Below are positions 57,521 to 64,000 of a stretch of 64,000 nt of DNA, one piece after another. The DNA is from the human T2T-CHM13v2.0 reference genome, Homo sapiens. The DNA lies in the NCBI RefSeq assembly GCF_009914755.1, contig NC_060935.1, one strand, 5' to 3'. The position numbers and the translations under genes were made by a program. The notes beneath the pieces are model-generated. The model saw nothing but the letters and a program-made list of their open reading frames with translations. It was not told the origin of the DNA and made no database searches. Within the stretch, counting starts at the first letter, position 1; every line of letters starts with the position of its first letter.

Positions 57521-58197
57521 ATGACCAACAAATCAATATTGGATCTATCAAAGGGATCTGAATATGGGCACCTCTATGTGAACTGCTTCAAGCTGGATTC
57601 AATGATGTCCCAAACAGATGTAGATCCTGACCATGCGGATGTTATTGTCTAGGGGGAAAGATCAATTAGTGTAAGTGTGATAGGGATCAGGACTTGAAAG
57701 ATAAAATTCCACGGTCCAGAACAACCATTGTGGGACCCTATAACCCACAAAAAGTAGGGGTTTGCCTTCAGTATCTGCTAGGGCTTAGCCTTGGGAGGAC
57801 CTTGAGAAACTTTATCTTGAAGTCCTGAAATGGAAGATCTCTTTGCTTCCTGGGACCCCAAGACCCACAGCAGAGTTCTGCCTGGCTTTTCAGCATATAC
57901 AGATGGCTGGCTGCTTGTTGTGGACGCTGTCATAATTGCACATGCACTTTAGACATTGGCCATTCAGCTTCCAAGGCAGGCTATGGAGGCCACAATGAGC
58001 AAAAGCTAAGGAGACAAGCCCCATCTACAGTTAAGTCCTGACCCCTATCACACTTATTGATCTTCCCTCCCAGAATAACATCTGCATGGCCAGCATCCAC
58101 GTACGTTTGGATCATCATTGAATCTAGCTTGAAGCAGGCCACATAGAGGCACCCATATTCATCCCTTTGATTGATTCAATATTGATTTGTTGCTCAT
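57521..58197. repeat. Long inverted repeat (arms 57521-57695 and 58033-58197, 337-bp spacer)
   Basis: arms align as reverse complements, roughly 85% identical by eye with three small gaps. Confidence 0.92.
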
Positions 58198-58264
58198 TCA
58201 GCGCCTATCTTCATTGACTATCCTCTGCTTGTCCTTCATCTGCATCTTCCTCTGGTCACATACC

Positions 58265-58580
58265 AGCTGCTTCAGCCACCTTGGGCTTGTTACTGTTGTT
58301 TAAGCACTCCCACCGCTTAATGATCAGGTTCTCTCTGCCTGGAATACCCTTTCCTGCATCACTGCCTTCTTTCCACACCTACTAATCTACTCAATCCTCA
58401 AAACAATTCCAAATGCCACCTCTTCTAGGAAGCCTTCCTAGATCACCTCAGAATTTTTTATTCCTCCATTTCCTGTCCTCCCATAGATCAGTATGTGACA
58501 TTCCACTTGAATTTGAATTATATTTTTGTCATTGCCCCCACTATGTTATAAAGCTTGATGTGGGCAAAGATTTTTATCTT
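58265..58580 (+). mobile_element. L2 3' fragment
   Basis: ttctctctgcctggaatacccttt..caaatgccacctcttctaggaagccttcc. Confidence 0.7.
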
Positions 58581-58872
58581 ACTGGTCTTCATAGTTGAAT
58601 GTTTGGGGGAAGTCCATGAACTTGGGCTTTTTAATTCCTAGGTCTCTCTGGGTAAGCAAACTTAGACAAGTTATCTAATATGTCTGAGTTTCCCTATTCC
58701 CACCTGTAAAATAGGGATTTTTAAAAACTTGTGATAACAAGTTTATTGTTAGCATTAACTAAGATGACTTGTATGAAGTAACAATGAAAATAAAATAATA
58801 GTAATGAGAGCTGATATTGACTAAGTGCTCATTTAGGCACTGCTCTAAGCTTTTTACAAGTAGTTCATTTAA

Positions 58873-60004
58873 AACATTTTTAAAAATGTTGAAATAATGA
58901 TAGATTTGCAGGAAGTTGCAAAGATGGTACTGAGAGATCCCATGTAAAGATAGAACTGAGAGGTCCCTTTCACCTGGTTTTCTCCAATGTTTACACATTA
59001 TGTAATTATAGTACAGTTTCAGAACCAGGCAATTGACTGTGTGAGTATTGTTCTGTGTCCTTTTCTCACTTGTGTAAAATTGTGAGAATCTTACACAATC
59101 ACCACCGCAATCAAGATACAGAACTCTCCCCTGTCCACAAAGATCTCCCTTGTGCAGCCCCTTCAGAGTCATACCCACCCCTCTCCCTTCCGCCACCCCC
59201 AGCCCCTGGCAACCAACCATTAGTATGTTTTCTATCTGCAAAATGTTGTCATTTCAACAATGTTATCTAAGTAGAATGGCAAAGTATGTGACCTTTTAAG
59301 CTTGGCTTTTGTTTTTTTCCCACTCAGCATAATGTCTTTGAGATCCATTCAGGTTGTCTGTCTATAGTTCATTCCTCTGTTCCTGGTGAGTTCTGTTCCA
59401 TGGATATGCCACCAATATACCACTGATACACACCGATATACCACTGATACATGACTGACTGACAGACCATGGTTTAACCAGGAAAAGTATCTGGGTTGTT
59501 TCCAGTTTTTGGCTTTGACGTATAAAGCAGCTATAAATATTTGTGTATAGATTTTTATTTCAAATATAAGTCTTCATCTCACAGGGATAAATGCTTGGGG
59601 GTGCCATTGTTGAGTTACATGGTTAGTATATGTTTAGTGTTTTAGGAAGGAAGTCAAACTCTTTCCGAGAGTGGCTGTACCATTTTACATTCCCACCAGC
59701 AATGTGTGAGTGATTCAGTGTCTCTACATCTTTGCTGGAATTTGGTGTTGCCACTATTTTAATTTTATCTGCTCTAAAAGGTATGTAGTGACACCTTATC
59801 ATGGTCTGACTTTCCATCTCCCTAATAGCTGGTGATGTTGAACATTTTTTCACTGCTTATTTGCCATCTGTATATTCTTTTCAGTAAACTGTCTCTACAT
59901 GTCATTTACCCATCTTCTGGTTGGATTGTTTGTTTTTTAATGTGGAGTTTTGAGTATTCTTTATATATGCTAGATATGGGTCCTTTGCCAGCTATGGGAT
60001 TTGC
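58873..60004 (-). mobile_element. L1MC-type LINE 3' fragment inserted in a MIR
   Basis: ORF 59623-59853 IRCHYIP..GNVKWYSH; TSD acaagtagttcatttaa (58856) / acaattagctcagttaa (60005). Confidence 0.85.
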
Positions 60005-60534
60005 ACAATTAGCTCAGTTAATCCTCACGACAACTCATGAAGAAGATACTAGGATTATCCCAATTTAATAGATGAGGAAGTTAGGGCACTGAGAGGTTAG
60101 CACTCTGTGTGGCACACAGCAGGTTTCCAGGGAAACATCACAGTGAATTTCATGCAGATGGAGCTCAGACCAAAGGTACAGTAGCTCGAGGTACCTTGGT
60201 TGCATGGTGGGGCTGTTGGAGATAAGGAAGAGGAGCTGAAAGTGAAGGCCAGCAATGAGTAGAGGGACTTCGTACCAGGTCATCGGCCCATTTACCAGGT
60301 TGAGGAGTTGAGGCTCAAGCACTAGAACAGATTTCTATCTGTCTGTGTCATTAAGTTTCTGTAAGTTTCACTAAGTCTTTGAAAATTGTGTCTCTTTTCA
60401 ACCGCATCCTACCTTTCTCCTGTGCTGCAAGGTTTGATGGTAGCTGGCTGGTTTCTACTTCGGGGACTTTTTTTTTTTTTTTTAAAGAAGGGATTTCTCC
60501 TGTGTCTTCTGTATCCAGGGCACATAGAAGCAGG

Positions 60535-60552
60535 CTGCTGCTGCTGCTGCTG
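60535..60552. repeat. (CTG)6
   Basis: ctgctgctgctgctgctg. Confidence 0.9.
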
Positions 60553-60759
60553 TCATGGAAAGCACAGTAACGAGTCAGGATATGAGTTGTCGGTCCCAAC
60601 ATGGTAGTGAATAGTGCAGGAATTGAGTGCAAATAATTTCCCTGGGCTTTCCATCTCCATGTCTGTAAAATGGGAGTGACCACAGTAGCTGGCTGGCAGA
60701 GTGATTGTATAGATTAAATAGAGAGGAGAGGTGGAGAACAGGGGCATTGGTAACACTCA

Positions 60760-60925
60760 TGGGTTCAGAGTGGAACTCTTTCCTTTCTAGCTATGTAAAC
60801 CTGAGCAGCGTGCTTAACTTTGCTAAGCCTCAGTTTTCTTATCTGAAAAATGGGGACAATCACAGTTCCTACTTTGTGGACTTGGTGTGAGGATTAAATG
60901 AGATATTGCACATAAAGCACTTGCA
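60760..60925 (+). mobile_element. MIR SINE
   Basis: ctaagcctcagttttcttatctgaaaaatggggacaat..gtgaggattaaatgagat. Confidence 0.85.
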
Positions 60926-60996
60926 AAGATCCTCTCTCAAGATGAACGTGATTAGTAATAACTAACATCTATCAAGCACTTACTTTGTGTCAGAAT

Positions 60997-61429
60997 CTGC
61001 TTAAGTTCATCAAAATTAAGATTAGACACCAAGACAAGGACTTAGGTGCAAGTTTATATGGGAGGGGATCCCAGGAAGCGATGTGAGAGAACAGGGAAGT
61101 GAGATGGGGAGGAGTCATTTTGGTGGGCAATGGGGGCTCAGTCCCACTGGACATCCTCTTAGAGACTGAGAAACACACCTCAGAATCTCCACTGCTGTGT
61201 TTATCCACCATCTTCCAGTCCTTATTGGTGGAGGGTCACTCCTGGGGCATTCATTCCACCACACCTTTGACCTGCCCTGTCCTTGGGCTAAGCATGTAAC
61301 CATGACCAGGGAGCATCCTCAGGAGAAAGACTCAGGAAGGCATTGGCACATACAAGGAACTGAACTATCTGTATGGGGCTTTGAGATTGGCTGAGGGGAA
61401 ATTGATGAATGCTAGCAGTGTCTGCTACA
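60997..61429 (-). mobile_element. LTR16-like ERVL solo LTR inserted in an antisense MIR
   Basis: agacaaggacttaggtgcaagtttatatgggaggggatcccaggaagc..cagtgtctgctaca; MIR resumes at 61430-61590. Confidence 0.65.
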
Positions 61430-61594
61430 CCACTTTAAGCACTTTATAATATTAACTCATTTACTTCATGCAACAACACTATGAAATGTTCTATTATTAT
61501 CCCCATTTTATAGATGAGGAAACTGAGACACAGAGGGGTTTTACAACTTGATCAAGGTTCTCCAGTCAGTCTGATTTCAGAGCCTGCATTCTTT

Positions 61595-62161
<567 letters not shown>

Positions 62162-62829
62162 GCTCTAAAATTCTATTTTATAGGACAATGTTGATGTCAT
62201 AAGGCTGGCATGGGGAATGATATGGGGTAGGTGCCCAGGGAAGGCTGGTTTCCTTGTGTGCCCTTTCTGGCAAACCAGAGCCTATGAGCTGCTACCTTCT
62301 AGGCTTGCATACAGAGGCCTGGCTGAACCTAGCACATTTCTTAAATCCTAGACTTGCCCTAGTGGAATCTGCTCAGCCTCCTCCCTGGGGATGGGCACCA
62401 TCTTGGGCTGTGACCTTCAATTCACCGGCTCCCCAGAAGCCAGCTCCTCCTTGGGAGGTGAGGTTATACCCTGTCCCCACAACGTTGTCATTTCCTTCCC
62501 CTGAGTCTCTCTGTGTGAGGATTGTTCCCCTAATCAGGATGGAGACGCAGTTCATTACAAGCTGGTGAGGCAACGGCTCTGTGCTCCAGGCCCGAGACAG
62601 GCTGTCTGGGAGCTTGGCCAGCCTCCCACTGCCCCGGACACCAGGGCAGTGGCCTCAGAGCAGAACCAGCTCGCTGGGTTTGTCTGCCCCCTTCCCAAGG
62701 GACACAGGCAGACAGACACTGTTTGCTGAGACTTCCACAGCTTTCATTATTACAAAACCTCTGCCATGCTCAGACAATGAGTTTCAGCAAATGATGGCAC
62801 TACTTCCGAGAGCATCTGTAGAGCACCTA

Positions 62830-63030
62830 GAATAACAACTGGACTTTATTGAGTGTTTACCATGCACCAAGCCCTGGGCTAAACACTTCATCTGCAGGCT
62901 GTTCGTCTTTACGGCAAACCCAGTAGGTAGGTATAACTATCCCCACTCTGCAGATGCAGAAACGGAGGCACAGAGTGTTTTGGTAGCTAAACAAGCTCAC
63001 CAGGAGGCTAGAAGGTGGCCACACCTAGCT
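62830..63030 (-). mobile_element. MIR SINE
   Basis: tttattgagtgtttaccatg..tatccccactctgcagatgcagaaacggaggcacagag. Confidence 0.8.
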
Positions 63031-63154
63031 GGCCCCCCTGACTCCACCAACTGCCTCCCTTTGCTGTGTTGCATGCAAGAATGTGACTCCAAGTTTTTCC
63101 TTCCTTCTGGATCCAACTCTGGCTTCACTCTGCTCAGCAACCAGGTGAGTTTCC

Positions 63155-63310
63155 ATAGGTGACTTTGTCTCTCTGAGCCAAGTTTCCTTATCTGTAAAAC
63201 AGGGCCTAGTGGTACTTCCTTCCTCAGGCTGTTAGGAAGAGTAAATGAAATAATGTATATAAATGCATCTCCCAGAGCTCCTAACACATAAGAAGTGCTC
63301 AATAAATCTA
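63155..63310 (+). mobile_element. MIR SINE
   Basis: ctctgagccaagtttccttatctgtaaaac..aagtgctcaataaa. Confidence 0.8.
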
Positions 63311-64000
63311 TTTATGAAAGAGTTGATTCAGCTGTTTTCCTACTGACTTGACAGTATCCCACAGCCATTTCCCAGAGGCATGATGTCACCATCCAGAGGA
63401 TAATAGCAGCCAATCTAGAAACCTCCATGTGTTCCTGGGCTTCTCATATTTATGCCTTGTCTTGCCTCGCTGCCCCATCTTACTACTGACTTCCCTGGGG
63501 CAGAAATCTCCAATATGACTAATATCTCTTGGAGGGCTATGAAGAAGCCATTTATTTCCTCCAACAACAGTCCCTTCCACCCAGGATGAGGAGAATAGCC
63601 ATGTGGTGGCTGCAGAGCCTGGTGCAGAAATTCTCATTAGCTGCAGTTTAATTACTGCCTGCCGTATAGGTTTTTAATAACAGTAAGTCCCAATTAGTTG
63701 CTTGTTACTTCAGAAATAATTACTGATAGTGGACCTTTGTCTCTGTTTTAATTCCAGCTTCATGCCCAAGCTGCGGAAGTCTAAACAAGTGGGCATTTTT
63801 AGCTGAAGGAGGTGGGGAGGATCGGGGATGCGTGAGGAATGTCTGCACAGAACTGCGAGTTTCACTGGGGTGCGTGTGTTTGTCTGAGATGAGTGGAGGA
63901 ATGGCCGTGGCCATTTCTCACCTCTGTAAAGAAAATCCTGGGCCCCTGTCTTGAGCTAAGGACAGGGATGGGGCCCTGCTCTCAAGGGCAGGTGGGTCTG

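Noticed and set aside
57724-57733. accattgtgg as TSD partner of accattatgg (56781-56790) for the retrocopy
   Set aside because: Only 9/10 over 10 bp and lies inside the inverted-repeat spacer; cannot be distinguished from chance
60535-60552. (CTG)6 as an expansion-type locus or poly-amino-acid tract
   Set aside because: Short and not in a supportable exon

Overview
Primate (most likely human) non-coding genomic DNA, CpG-depleted and dense in interspersed repeats. It holds nine Alus or Alu fragments, many MIR and L2 relics, old L1M fragments, several solo LTRs, hAT-Charlie MER elements and one full-length, inactivated L1PA4-like element. I see no intact protein-coding gene, tRNA, rRNA or CRISPR array. 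The only ORF-track entries with recognisable protein homology are L1 ORF1, ORF2 and ORF0 pieces. Main observations: (1) The full-length L1 at 47411-53563 appears to carry a ~1 kb 3' transduction (46371-47410). The target-site duplication CACATTTTTCT brackets the L1 plus the extra DNA, and the transduced piece ends in a poly(A) tail just after the polyadenylation signal of a truncated MST LTR. (2) An unidentified processed-pseudogene-like segment (56791-~58260) contains a ~170-bp inverted duplication. (3) The L1 antisense ORF0 is open and extended to 108 aa. (4) There are small templated-insertion scars and nested insertions. (5) Several repeat-free, motif-dense blocks look like enhancers or CTCF sites. 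Repeat subfamily names come from my recall of consensus sequences, and old-repeat boundaries are approximate. I cannot assign the chromosomal locus.
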